Shown here: piece by piece, positions 1 through 15,291 of the stretch
Numbering within the stretch: position 1 is the first letter of the stretch
How the letters are laid out: each line of letters opens with the position of its first letter
Assembly (NCBI RefSeq): GCF_009914755.1
Contig: NC_060934.1
Length of the DNA stretch: 64,000 bases
Direction: 5' to 3' (one strand)
Source: the human T2T-CHM13v2.0 reference genome, Homo sapiens
Program-made: the position numbers and the translations under genes
Notes under the pieces: model-generated
Databases searched by the model: none
What the model saw: only the letters and a program-made list of their open reading frames with translations
What the model was told of the DNA's origin: nothing

Positions 1-311
1 AGACTCAGCTAAGACAGACTTTCCCTTCTTCTCCTAGAACAAGCTATGGGTGGAGGAAGGAAAAGACTTTGGAGATTGTTGTCTAATGGCTTAGTAGTCC
101 TGCCCATGCCCATGCCTTGGCCACTTCTCCGCATCTACATGGGGTGCCGGGACATCATGGTGCCTCAGGTGGACCTGCAAGAGGTTGCAGGGCAGTTTCA
201 AGGGCATGAAGGAAGCCTGATCTGTGAAACATTTTGCAACATTGGTGCGGATAAGGGACCCGATAAAGGAGCTCAAAGAGCCTCAGTCCCACCTCCTTGC
301 CCGTCTACTCC

Positions 312-714
312 TGCTATGGTTTGAATGTTTGTCCCTTCTGAAACTCATGTTGAAACTTGATCCCCAATGTAACAGGATTGAGAGGTGGGGCCTTTAAGAG
401 GTGATTGTGTCATGAAGGCTCTGCCTTCATGAATCCATTCATGGATAAAGGTGTTAATGGATTAATGGGTTATCATGGGGCTGGGTTAGTTATCAGGAGA
501 GTAGGTCCATTATAAAAGCCATTTTGACACACTCTTGCCCTCTCACCACATGATTCCTTCCACCATGTCATGACACAGCAAGAAGGCCCTCACCAGATGC
601 AGCCCCTCAACCTTGGACTTCCCAGCCTTCAGAACTGTAAGAAATAATTTCCTTTTATTTATAAATTACCCAGTCTCAGACATTCAGTCAAGCAACAGAA
701 AATGGACTAAGACA
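312..714 (+). mobile_element. MaLR solo LTR, MST family (MSTB1/MSTC/MSTD-like)
   Basis: Starts TGCTATGGTTTGAATG, ends GGACTAAGACA; 5-bp TSD actcc/acttc. Confidence 0.85.
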
Positions 715-1944
715 ACTTCCTTCCTCTCACTCTCTCTTTAGCTGTTAAAGCTATTGCTATGCACAGGGAGAGAATGGAAGCTGATTTTGTTTCTCCTCTG
801 GGGGTGCTGTTTGGAAGTCTGGGGCTGAGGAAGGAGCAGTCATGGCCCCAGCCAACTCCTTGCATATGTTGGGGGGTGGGGGATGATAAGGGACGCTGTG
901 CACCTAGCCTAGCTTTGCACTGCCTTGTCCATCGAGCCCAACATCCCTTACAGACATCTGGAAGCCCTTTCAACAGTCCATATCCAGATGTTCCAGGTCA
1001 GTGGGCAACTCTGAATTCTCCTTCCACCCTCTCATATCTGGGCTCTGATCATTGGTTTCTCCCCCAAGATGTCTTTCCAGGGACATCCCTGTTCTTCCAG
1101 CTCTGCTCAAACTCTGCTGAAAGACTTTGGTTCTCTGCCCTTCACATCGTTTTCTTGAGACATTGCATTCCTCTGCTATCACTCTGATCCTAATAGTCAC
1201 AGTGAACAAGGTGGGATACACTTGATTGAGATGTTAACAGGTATTTTTCTCCTGGGGGTTTGCTCTGCACTCCCCATTCCAGCCACTGAGCCTGGATTAG
1301 GAAGAGGGGCAGGACAGATGGTGGGTGGAAACAATGGAGTCTTCCTGGCTTTGTACCCTGCTAACCCCAGACCTTAGCAGACATGAGAGGTTGTAAGGGC
1401 TTATTGGAAATGTGGGAGCAAGGTCTGGAATGGCAGCAGGCAGTGAACATTGAAGAGGGGCTTCCCTGGAGAGTTCCAGGAGGCAGCAAGATTGTAAGAG
1501 GGAAGGGCTGGGTAGCAAGTTCAGGCAGACAGCCTGCCTGGCTTCCCATACCCAGGTGAGGCCCAGATCTGAGAAATAGCTCCTGGGCCCTGGCACCTTG
1601 CGGACAAGAGGCAGGGGAAGGCAGGTATGAGGGTCAGTTTGGTGATGAGTTTCAGGATATGTCCACTGAGGCATGACTTTGTGGGGCGAATGCTTCAGGG
1701 AGACGCCAACATCTCTCAGAACCTGGGGTTATACAAAAGCCCCCATAACTCAGACTCCCCTTGGGGAAAACTGGGAGTTTGCCCCAAATTCAATGAGATT
1801 GTGTCTACTGCCACAACTGAGTGGGGAGCTCAAGCCAGCCATTAAATTGCTATAGAAAGGTAAATTATTTTGCCTTGCATGGCTGAGTTACAGCTCAAGC
1901 ATGGAACCCACTGCACTAACACTGACAGGTCCTGGGCAGCGTGT

Positions 1945-2420
<476 letters not shown>

Positions 2421-2868
2421 TCTGTTTGACTCCCAAGTCCATGCTCCTCTCTGTCCCTCCCTGCACCGCTCCACTTAGAAGGATACGAAGTGAATTTAAA
2501 CATCTTAGCCACAGTGTTGGTGGTTAGCCAGTGGGTCTATGCATGCCTTTGTCAAAAACATGTGCTCCAGCCTGTGTTTTCTCTGTACCGTCAATGTTTG
2601 GATTCTCCAAAAGCCCAGCCCCAAGGTATCCCTCCTCATCTGTCTTTTTGCCCTCATCACAGGCTTGGGAGCAGATCCACACCACTACAGCTATGATTTG
2701 GAAGGAGCACAGCCATCACTGATGTCACAACAGTCCCCGCAATTCCACAGCACAGTGTTGATTTCATTGCACCACAGTGTAGCTCTAGGAGGTAGGGCAG
2801 GATTCGTGCCCATTTTATAGACAAAAATGCTGGGGTTCAGGGCTTGACCTAGGCCCCATCGAGGAAAG

Positions 2869-3289
2869 TAATATGGTTTGGATGTTTGTCCACTCCAAAT
2901 CTCATGTTGAAATGTGATTCGCAGTGTTGGAGGTGGGACCTGGTGGGAGGTGATTGGATCTTGGGGATGGATCCTCATGAATGGCTCAGCACCATCCTCT
3001 TGGTGATGAGTGAGTTCTCGCTCTGAGTTCACATGAGATCTGGTTGTTTAAAAGTGTGTGGCACCTCCTCTACCCTCTTGCTTCTGCTGGCACCAGGTAA
3101 GACATGTCTGCTCCCACTTCACCTTCCACAGTGAGTAAAAGCTCCCTGAGGCCTCCCAGAAGCTGAGAAAATGCTGATACGATACTTCCTGTACAGCCTG
3201 CAGAACTGTAAGCCAATTAAACGTCTTTTCTTTATAAATTACCCAGTCTCTGGTAGTTCTTTACAACAATGCAAAAATGGCCTAACACC
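2869..3289 (+). mobile_element. MaLR solo LTR, MSTB-like
   Basis: tatggtttggatgtttgtccc ... ggcctaacac; TSD gaaag/gacag. Confidence 0.85.
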
Positions 3290-3624
3290 GACAGAGAGGA
3301 GCTGGAACTCAAAACAAGTTATTTTTTTTCCCCTAAACTTGGCCGAAGGTGGGAATCTCCTGGTGTGTTTCCTTGGGTCCCAATTCAGACCTTAAAATCA
3401 GAATTTCAGAGAAGAAAGTGCACAGCCCCTGCCCCTTCAGATAAAGCTCTGTTGCCAGAGATTTACAAATTTATTTGAAGCCTTGGAACGTTTTATTCCA
3501 AAAATCTTTATGCTGGAGAAAAAACCCAGTGTATCCAAGGGGTAGGTGATGTCCACCCTCCATCCTACTCAGAGCCCCAAGGGTGCCTCTGGGCCTGGGT
3601 CAAGCACCATGAACCACACTCTCA

Positions 3625-3822
3625 TTCAGATTCCAAGTCTGCCACTCATCAACAGTGGCCCCAACAATTTTTGCCAACTTCCCTGTGCCTCAATTTCCTC
3701 ATCTTTACAATGGGAAAATAATGTTATCTGCCTTGCAGAATTGTTGTGAGGATCAAATGGGCAAATGTCTGTTAAGTACTGAGAATAGTGCCTGGCATAT
3801 AAGAAGTGCTAAATAAATAAAT
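3625..3822 (+). mobile_element. MIR
   Basis: cctcaatttcctcatctttacaatggg core and gtgcctggcatataagaagtgctaaataaat 3' end. Confidence 0.8.
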
Positions 3823-3855
3823 GTCATTCATTGGGCCACTGTGTCTTGGCTGATT

Positions 3856-4180
<325 letters not shown>

Positions 4181-4683
4181 TGAGGACTGAATCCATGTGT
4201 TGGCTGGTTTAAATGGTTGCCTTGGTTAAAGGAATGATTAAATGGCATCATCCTAATGAATCAGAAAGAAAAATAGTCAAAGCAATTGTAAGATTTAATT
4301 GGTTTGTTTGGGGTGTTTTAAAATAATAGTGATCAGTTTGCGGTGGGTGTGGTTGCTTTGCACAGGGTGACCAGCCACCTCTGCAGGCATGAGCAGGCTG
4401 GGATGTGAGCAGATTTGATTCCAGCCCCCACCAGGCTTCCGGGAGAAGTTCCCATGGAGGCAGACAGACATCAGACGGAGGCCCCGTCGCCGGTGTTTCC
4501 TTGGTTGCTCAGGCCCTCTCAGAGCTGCTGTCAGGTCAGATCCTGGAAACCCTGAGTGGTTTCCCAGCTGAGGCCTTTGAGTGCTGCTAGTTCGTTCTGC
4601 CCTGTTTCCTCTGGGGGAGCTGAGCAAAGGGATGGATTATTCACTTCCCTCCTCTCTTCCCCTATGGGGTTCTTTTTAGAAGG

Positions 4684-4900
4684 GGTGGCTTGGTCAGCTC
4701 TGGGCAGGAAGGGTGATGAGGGAGGATAAGGCCAATCATTTTCCACCTCCCACTCTCTTTTCTGAGTGCCCTAAGAAGTGGCTGGACAGGGGACATCCAG
4801 GACCTGGGGTGGTTCCAGGACGGAGGCTTCCGGCTGCCATGGTTGCCCTGGGGTTGGCTGGAGCCAGGACCTCTCTGGAGAGGCACAGAGGGAACTTCAG
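4684..4900 (+). repeat. Left arm of a 217-bp inverted repeat (unique sequence)
   Basis: Reverse complement of 5813-6029, 206/217 identical, no indels. Confidence 0.97.
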
Positions 4901-4984
4901 GGGAAACCACATTTACATCCAGGTGAAATCAGTTAGGCTGATCATCAAAGGGGTAGGAAGGATCCCAGAGAGGAAATGAGAGAT

Positions 4985-5495
4985 CTGGTCATGTTGCTTA
5001 ACTCCCTGGTCAGTGGCTTCTATTGCCTTGAGGATAAGGTCTCCAATCCTACAGGCCCACCCCGCCTGACCAGGCTGCATACCTGCCTTGGCATGTGAGG
5101 GCCCCTGTGCCGTGAGCTCAGCTCCAGACCCCTCCTTGATGCTCCTTCTGCCTCAGGGCCTTTGCACACTGTTGCTCTTCCCCGACCCTTTACCTTCTGC
5201 AACTCCTTCTCAAGCTTCAGGCCTCAGGTGAAAGTCACTCTTTGTGAGACGCCCTCCTTGACATTCCTCCCCCAGCCCCTGTCTAGACCAGATGAGGATA
5301 TTTGCTCCTCCCCTTATCGTGTATACTCCTTCAATTTCTCCTTCAGGGCCTACGCTCAGTTGTAACTCTTTATTTAGTGTCTATCATTCCTTTTTGAAGA
5401 GGACAGTAGCCATGTCTGCCTGATTCGCCATGACATTACCAGCCCAATGACAGGGCCACAGTAGGTATTTCTAAGTATGTGGTAAATGATGGATG
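4985..5495 (+). mobile_element. L2 3' fragment
   Basis: cctcagggcctttgcacactgttg and degenerate L2 3' end (cagtaggtatttctaagtatgtggtaaatg). Confidence 0.65.
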
Positions 5496-5599
5496 GGCAT
5501 TTTGGCCCACCCATTCTAACGGGTGCCTTGAAGATGGCAGAAGTTACAGGGAAACAGCATATGGCTTTGCATTTGGAAGATCTTTCTAGTAGAGTTGGC

Positions 5600-5700
5600 C
5601 AAGAACTAAATGAATATGTTGCTTTAGGGAGTAGTGAGCTCCCTGTCACTGGAGGAGTGCAAGCTGAGGCTGAGTGACTGTATGTGGAAACACTTAAGAA
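5600..5700 (+). mobile_element. L3/CR1 fragment
   Basis: gtgagctccctgtcactggaggagtgcaagctgaggctg resembles the CR1/L3 3' motif. Confidence 0.5.
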
Positions 5701-5812
5701 GGAACCTGAGTTTCTGGTGTGGAGTGAGTATAGACCCTGGAACAATCTTTCCAACCTTGTGAAGGTGAGATTCTAAGGTGGCAATGGGGTGATGGGGATG
5801 GACTGACATCTT

Positions 5813-6029
5813 CTGAAGTTCCCTCTGTGCCTCTCCAGAGAGGTCCTGGCTCCAGCCAACCCCAGGGCAACTATAGCAGCCAGAAGCCTCCATCCTGGAA
5901 CCACCCCAGGTCCCGGATGTCCCCTCTCCAGCCACTTCTTAGGGCCCTCGGAGAAGAGAGTGGGAGGTGGAAAATGATTGGCCTTATCCTCCCTCATCAC
6001 CCTTCCTGCCCAGAGCTGATCAAACCACC
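5813..6029 (-). repeat. Right arm of the 217-bp inverted repeat
   Basis: Reverse complement of 4684-4900; also visible as near-identical peptides in ORFs 4713+ and 5773-. Confidence 0.97.
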
Positions 6030-6259
6030 AGACTGGCATGGACTGGTTGCCATAGAAGTCCCTGGTTTTCTTTAGCCCAGAGAGGGACAACTACCTCCTT
6101 GTCTCTGGTTTGTTCCTGAGTCACTGCCCAACCAGTAGGTGGGAACTTCTAAAGTCAGAGTGGCCAACCCAGTGCCCATAGGGGCCAGGCTTGGAACATG
6201 GGTAAGTGGGAAACCCAGGTGCCTAAAAATGAGGGTAAAGAACTGTGGCAAGGACACAT

Positions 6260-6820
<561 letters not shown>

Positions 6821-6899
6821 TGATTCTAAGATCTGGGGATGACTTCTCCTTGTCCCCAAAACAACTGAACAACTTTTCCTTTCCTACCAGATTCCCCTT

Positions 6900-7395
6900 G
6901 GCCCCTGCAGTCCTGAGTCAGAGGCCCCAGCTCACAGCTCTGTCTTGAGAGCATCTCCTCTCCTTTCTGAAGATGGCCCTGAACTGAATAGTGAGAGACT
7001 CTAGCCAGGTCTGCTCTGCAAGGCTGATCATCCATCCTCCAGCTGCTGGGACTCTTAGCTGTGGATGGCTCACAGCTGCATTCTGGAGACTGCCTCCTTC
7101 TGGGTCATATCTGCTGCCATGGGAGACTACAACCAATGACAATCTGATATTAGGATATGAAGGCCCACCCCGTGCCTCAATTTGGGACCATGCTGGAGGA
7201 CCATCTCAGCTGCAGAGCCCCCCCATAGGATGGCTGAGGCCTCAGGTGCAACCTCATCATGATTCACCTCCTTCCTTTCCCAGTCCTGCCTTGCTTGGCT
7301 CCTTTTGCAGGGAGCACCTCCAGAAGGCCTAAGGAACCCAAGCGAGGCAGGACTGGTTCTTTCTGCACAAATCTCTGCATCAGTATTTCCAAAGA
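6900..7395 (+). mobile_element. ERVL LTR (LTR16-like)
   Basis: ccatctcagctgcagagccccccataggatggctgaggcctc...cccagtcctgcc motif. Confidence 0.55.
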
Positions 7396-7939
7396 GTCTC
7401 ATGTGAAACACGCAGCCTACCCACTTTCTCAGAGACCTAATTTTTTTCTTATCAAAACTTCTCTCAGGAAAGGCTCTGATAAGCTTGTTCACATGGAGGT
7501 ATCCGTGGTTGATAATAGCTCAATGGATTTATTTTTCCAGAGTCATCTGCTATATATTTATGAGAATCTTATGTCGAAGGGTGGATGAACTTCCAGGGTA
7601 ATGAGGGAAGATTGGGGCATTTCTGATTTATCAGTGAATCAGGGGCTGCACCATGCCAACAGCCTAAAGTAAGACAGGGTGATTCTAAGCCTCGTAAATG
7701 TTGATTGGTGAGGCTGGCTCTTGAGATCTGCCATCTTGGGGCTTTTAAAGAGTGAATCAGCAAGGTGTGACAAACAGGGACCCGGCTAGCTGTGTGACTG
7801 CTCCTTTCTGGAGCCCAGTTTCTTCAACTGATTGATGGTAATATTCACTATAAAATTGTATCCACACATGAGCTTAATTAAGATATTAATATAGTCATTT
7901 TTGGACACACCGGAAAGTTAGATGTAAATGCCTTGGAAT

Positions 7940-8482
7940 GGAGACTCCCAAACTTCCTCTTTCCATAGCACCCTTAGTGTCACAGTAATTTTTTTATTAC
8001 TTATGTGCCCCCAAGACCAAAAGAAACACCAAAGAGATCCATTATTAAGTAGTTAGGTCTAAATAAATCAATGTGTATGTCTGTCCTAACAACTTTGTAG
8101 CCATCTAAAAATACACATAAAGGAAAAGATATTTTTATTCCATTCTTAACCACAGTTATTTACTAATGGGATGTATAATATGTTGGGTACTGCATGGTTT
8201 CTCAAACCTTGGAATCATATCGGATGCCATCACCTCATTTCCTGGTCCACAATGATTTGCACATGGTATTTGCTTTTTATCACAGCAACCACCAAAACAC
8301 TTCGCAAAGATATGATGTCACTGAAAGGAATGTAGTGGGCCCTAAAGCTGAAACTGGTAGTGTGCGGAGCATCCGGCAGGTGTCACTGTACTTCCCACAA
8401 AATTTAAAATATCCCTGCAGCCACTCTGTGAATTGGCGATGGTGCCCCCAGGGGCCTCAGTGCAAGGTTTGGGAGCAGTGGC
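7940..8482. mobile_element. hAT-Charlie DNA transposon fossil (Charlie4a-like)
   Basis: Degenerate TIRs ctcccaaact ... ggtttgggagcagtgg; internal ctcaaaccttggaatca and gcaaagatatgatgtca motifs. Confidence 0.65.
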
Positions 8483-8712
8483 CTCAGGTATTAACTATGG
8501 CTGTATTCAGAGAGTAAACTTTTGGATAATCTTTACTTCTTTCTTTCTACTTTTTCCTCGTCCCTTACATAACAAGCATGTAATAATACTTAAATAAGAG
8601 CCAAATCAGAGAGATGGTCGTACAACATTGTGAGTGTATTTTAATGTCGCTAATGATAAATTTTTTGTCATGTGTCTTCTACCACAAAAAAGCTATTTTA
8701 AAAAATCAGAGA

Positions 8713-9174
<462 letters not shown>

Positions 9175-9399
9175 CTATCCACACCAACTGGCTGCCTGCT
9201 TCCCAGGGAAACACACCTGTATCAGAGCATTTAACCCACCACTCTCACATTCCACCTCTCCCTGGAAGAAAAATCTGTTTGCCATTCTGCTGGCTGGCTT
9301 CCTTGTTGGTGCAGGTAGAAAGCCAGGCTCTGGGAACCCAGCAGACATGCTGTCAGGAGAACTTCCTTTGCAGTGGGATGTGAGCTGAGGCAGCGGGAG

Positions 9400-9731
9400 A
9401 CCACTGGTTTGTGTTATATCCTCTGACTCGACAGTGAGCACAGGGACTCTCAAATGTGACATTTCTCCTATTGGTGCTATCTATGCCTGTCCTTTCAGCC
9501 AGGTGGATCAAGTCATTTGCTGCATCGTTTTACATTGTGGAAAACCTCCTTTATGTCTGGCTTAATACGACACGCTGAGGTTCCCGTACCTGTTTCTGCC
9601 TTCAAACTGTTCCTGCGGGCTGTTTTTGGAAGAAAATCTGGTCTCATATGGATATGTGGTTGGAAAAGGGAAGACCTTGTGGGACCCCCTGAAATGGCCA
9701 GGGGACCTTAGACCATACTTCGAGAATCATC
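9400..9731. mobile_element. hAT-Charlie1-derived element (MER119-like)
   Basis: tctggcttaata...gaagaaaatctggtctcatatggatatgtggttggaaaaggga, ending gaccatacttcgagaatca. Confidence 0.55.
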
Positions 9732-10319
9732 ACCTTTCAGCAATGGTTTAAATAAGCCGAGAAAGCTTTCCTCACCTTCATGTAACAGCTGAGGAAACTG
9801 AAGGCTCTGAAAATGACATGATGTTGTGAAGATCTTACCCTGCTTTAATGCAGGAGGCAAGGCTAGGAACTGGGTCTTCTGTCTCCTGCTTTGGGGCTAT
9901 TTCCATTACTAAAGGAAACAAGATTCATGATGCTCCTAAAGTACAGCCTCCTTAAGAGTTCCTTTCATGAAGGTTAGTGGAAAACCCTAAGTTTTTATTT
10001 ACCTGAAATATATATTTTTTGAAACGATAGTTTTGGAAGATAGTTTTGCTGCATATAAAACTTTGGGCTGATGATTAATTTTTTCCTCAGCATTTGGAAG
10101 GTATTTCCCCCTATCTTTTGGCCTCTCCCATGGCTGATAGCTGGCAATCTAATTGTAATTTTTCGGTAGATGAGTGGTCTTTTCTGTCTGGCTGCTTTCA
10201 AGATTTTCTCTTTATCTTTGGTGATATAAAATCTCCCTTCAGTAGGACCTGGTGTGGATTTCTTTTTATCCATTCTGTTGGATGTATGATGCATATACAT
10301 TAGAAATGTGTCTTCCTTT

Positions 10320-10901
10320 CAGTGTGGTGATTCCTCAAGGTTCTAGAACTAGAAATACCATTTGACCCAGCCATCCCATTAGTGGGTATATACCCAAAGG
10401 ATTACAAATCATGCTACTATAAAGACACATGCACACGTGTGTTTATTGCAGCACTATTCACAATAGCAAAGACTTGGAACCAACCCAAATGTCCATCAAT
10501 GATAGACTGGATTAAGAAAATGTGGCATGTATACACCATGGAATACTATGCAGCCATAGAAAAGGATGAGTTCATGTCCTTTGCAGTGACATGGATGAAG
10601 CTGGAAACCATCATTCTGAGCAAACTATCACAAGGACAGAAAACCAAACACCGAATGTTCTCACTCATAGGTGGGAATTGAACAATGAGAACACTTGGAC
10701 ACAGGGTGGGGAACGTCACACACTGGTGCCTGTCGTGGGGTGGTGGGCTGGGGGACAGATAGCATTAGGAGAAATACCTAATGTAAATGACGAGTTAATG
10801 GGTGCAGCAAACCATCATGGCACATGTATACCTATGTACCAAACCTGCACGTTGTGCACATGTACCCTAGAACTTAAAGTATAAAACAAACAAACAAAAA
10901 T
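10320..10901 (+). mobile_element. 5'-truncated L1PA (approx. PA5-PA7): ORF2 C-terminus plus 3' UTR
   Basis: ORF 10382-10681 (...FIAALFTIAKTWNQPKCPS...MFSLIGGN) is the ORF2p end; perfect 17-bp TSD gaaatgtgtcttccttt (10303-10319 / 10902-10918). Confidence 0.97.
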
Positions 10902-10964
10902 GAAATGTGTCTTCCTTTATCTGTAGATCTGTGTATCTAATTCTCAAGCACTCTTTCAAAATGA

Positions 10965-11430
<466 letters not shown>

Positions 11431-11746
11431 TAGCTCTATCTTCTAGTTCATGAATTATCTTTTCAACTTTGTCTAATCTGCTGCTTAGCCATTTACTGTT
11501 TTCTCTTGTTTGTTTGCTTCCAATACTGAGGGTGCAATTGTCATTTTGAGTGAGAAATGCTTTGTTTTGAAGGGCTGTCTTATAAATTATGAGACTTTTA
11601 TCATCCTTTAGTTTCCCCAACTAAAAGTCCAAGTTCAATTAATGCCCCAGACCTTTCCAAATAACATGAGGCAGGGGGAAGGCAAGAAGTACCACCCTTG
11701 GCTGAAAACAATTTGAGGGAAAATAAACACTAAGTTCAACCCAAAA

Positions 11747-12106
11747 TGTGTTAGCTCAGACTGCCATAGCGAATACCATGCAGTGAATGGCTTCACAACA
11801 GATTTATTTCTTGCAGTTCTGGACACTGGAAAGTCCAAGATCAAGGTGCAGCAATTTAGTTCCCCGTGAGGGCTCTTTCCTGGTGAGAAAATGAGGACCA
11901 GCTTCTCACTGTGTCTTCTCATGGCAAAGAGATCTCTCTGTCCTCCTCTTCCTAGAAAGCTGCCGTCCTATTAGATAGTGCCCCACCCACATGACCTCAT
12001 TTAACCTTAATGAGTTCCTAAAAGCTCATCTCCAAATACAGTCACACTGGAGGTTAGGGCTTCAACATATGAGTTTGTAGGGGGAGACACAATTCAGTTC
12101 ATGGCA
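11747..12106 (-). mobile_element. MaLR LTR, MLT1A/MLT1A0-like
   Basis: ctgccatagcgaatacca...aagtccaagatcaaggtg...gttagggcttcaacatatga. Confidence 0.8.
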
Positions 12107-12248
12107 TAATGCAAATCAGAAGGCAAATTTTGGTATATGATACATGCAAGATTATAAACCACCTATGAAGGTGTAGACCTAGAGCTCCATTCTTAAATAA
12201 ATAGATAAGTAAATAGGAGAAGGCACTGAATTTAAAGCATAATCTCCA

Positions 12249-12582
<334 letters not shown>

Positions 12583-12899
12583 CTATTTGGGAAAACAATA
12601 TAAAAATCTGAAAGTTAAAAAAAACAAAGCATTAAACAAAAGTTTGAGATCCATGTAGAATAAATGCCACAGGGTACTCTAGCTTAGGGTAAAGAAACAG
12701 CAGCTTTCTTAATGTAATTAAAATATGAGCTATGGCATTTCTCTCCATCTATTCACTCTCTCCCTGGGAGAGCTGATAGAGAATGCTGGAATATATGTGA
12801 TAGAGCATCCACATTTACCTGAATATGAGCTACCTGGTACATAATTTCATACTGATGCCTCCTCTATATACGTATTTAAGAGCTATACCTTATGTCTAA

Positions 12900-14490
12900 A
12901 AGCTTTTTATTTTGAAATAATTTCTAGATTTATAGAAGAGTTGAAAAGACAGTATGGAGAATTCTCTGTACCATTCTTCCAGCTTCTGGTAATATTAGTA
13001 TCTTACATAGCTATATTGTCAAAACTAAGACATTAAGGTTGGTAAAATACCATTAACTAAACTACAGAGTTTATTTGGATTTTCTGTTTTCCACTAATGT
13101 CTTTTTGTTTTTCTGTTTCAGGATCCAATCAATGACATTACATTGCATTTAACTGTCATGTCTCCTTAGGTCCCCAGTTTGTGATAGTTTTGCAGCCTTT
13201 CTTTGTCTTTCATGGTCTGGATGATTTTGAGGAATGCTGGTCCGATGTTTTGTAAAACAGCCCCCAAGTTGGATTTCTCTGATGTTTTCTTATGGTTTGA
13301 CTGGAGTTATGGACATCTGGAGGAAGAATACCACAGAGGTAATATGCCCTTCTTATAGCATCCCACTAGAGAGTACATGATATCAATGTCTTATCACTAA
13401 TGATGTTAACCTTGATCACTTGGTTAAGATGGCATCTGCCAGGTTTCTCCGTGATCAGTGTTACTATTTTTCCCTTTCCCTAGCTATTACTTAGAAGGGA
13501 GACATAAATCCAGCCCCCCTCAAGGAGAGGAGAGCTAAGCTAAACTCCCGTACAGAGGTGCATCAAAGAATTTGTGGACATATGTTAAAGCCCCCACAGT
13601 AATTAATAAGTATTTGAAGGGTGATAATTTGAAGCTATGCAAATATCCTCTTTCTGTAGTTTGCCCACTAATTTTAGCATTAGTCAATGTATCTTGACTG
13701 CAGACGTCATTACTGTCATCTTCTAATTCTCTATTGTCCTCATTCACTAATCAGAATTCTTCTATTAAAAAAAGGGTTCTCTTGGCCAGGTGCGGTGGCT
13801 CATGCCTGTTATCCCAGCACTTTGGGAAGCTGAGGCGTACAGATCATTTGAGACCAGGAGTTCAAGATCAGCCTAGGCAACATGGCAAAACCCCATCTCT
13901 ACTCAAAATACAAAAATTAGTCAGGCATGGTGGCTCACACGTGTAGTCCTAGCTACTGTGGAGGCTAAGGAACGAGACCCACTTGAACCTGGGAGGGAGA
14001 GGTTGCAGTAAGCCAAGATCGCACCACTGCACTCCAGCCTGGACAACAGAGCGAGAACCTGTCTAAAAAAGAAAAAAACCAAAAATCAAAAACAGGGTTC
14101 TCTCTTCTCTAGCATTTATTTATTATTAAATCATTTATTTATATCAGATTTTTTTTGTTGCTCAAATTGTTACAGCTTTGGCTATAGGAAGCTCATTCAG
14201 TGTGGCTCTTGTGCCTTTTGATTTTTTTTTAACATAAAGTACTTCCTTACTTTCTGGCACAAGGTGCTTTAGGTCCATCTCATATTTTTTCTGCCCTTGA
14301 CATAGCATCACACATTTTATTGAGGTTCCTTTTATTGGACATTGGCAATTAGAAACCAATACCTGGGCATGAAGTGTCCTTATTGCCCCTGGGTGTCATT
14401 GCTTCTAGTTCCTCTCAGTGGACAGAGCTAGAAAATTATGCATATATACTAATCCATGTAAACACATACCTCCATCTACCAGGTAGCTTT
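12900..14490 (-). mobile_element. L1MC-type 3' UTR
   Basis: ttattttgaaataatttctagatttatagaagagttg...aaaactaagacattaa..., typical antisense L1MC end. Confidence 0.75.
13784..14092 (+). mobile_element. AluJ
   Basis: Diverged full Alu; TSD agggttctct. Confidence 0.93.
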
Positions 14491-14499
14491 CTATCTATC

Positions 14500-14893
14500 T
14501 ACTAGGATCCGAATGTTTGTCTTCTTCAAAACTCATGTTGAAGCTTAATCCCCAATGTGGCAGTATTGAGAGGTGAACCCTCTCAGAGGAGATTGGCTCA
14601 TGAGGGCTGCCCTCATGATAGATTAATTCACTCATGGATTACCGGATTAATGGGTTATCATGGGAGCAGGTCTGGTGGTTTTATAAGAATAGGAAGAGAG
14701 ACCTGAGCTATCATGCTGTGCACAGCCTCAGGACTCTGCAGAGAGCCCACCAGCAAGGAGGCTCTCACCAAATGTGGCCCCTAGACCCTGGACCTCCCAG
14801 CCTCCAGAACTGTAAGAAATACATTTCTTTTCTTTATAAATTTTGCAGTCTCAGGTATTCAGAACAGATAGCAACAGAAAACAGACTGAGACA
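14500..14893 (+). mobile_element. MaLR solo LTR, MST family
   Basis: aaactcatgttgaagcttaatccccaatgtggc ... acagactgagaca; TSD ctatc/ctatt. Confidence 0.85.
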
Positions 14894-15291
14894 CTATTTC
14901 TCTCTCTCTCTTTCTCTATCAAAATAAATATAAGTTCATACTGATATCTCAGACTCCAACCCAACATACATTGAGTTCTTAATTTGGACAATCATACATT
15001 TTTTCTCCAACAGTTCAATTGGGTTCATTTGTAGTCTGTCACCCATTTTAAGTGTACCATCTGTTGAGTTTTGACAAATGTATATACACCGTGTAACTGT
15101 CACCACCACAATCAAGAGAGAGAGCATTTCTATCGCCCTCAAAGGATCCGTTATGCCATTTTCCAATAAATCCTCACCCCAGCCCCAATCATTGTCTTAC
15201 ATCACTATAGATTAGATTTGTCTTTTCTAGAATTTCATTAAAATCAGAATGGTACATATGTATTCTTTTGTGCCTGGCTTCATTTGTTCAC

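Noticed and set aside
4713-6090. Near-identical peptides (MREDKANHF...) on opposite strands as paralogous small genes
   Set aside because: Fully explained by the DNA-level inverted repeat; similarity ends at the arm boundaries.
10382-10681. ORF with real protein similarity
   Set aside because: It is the C-terminus of L1 ORF2p in a 5'-truncated L1PA, not a host gene.
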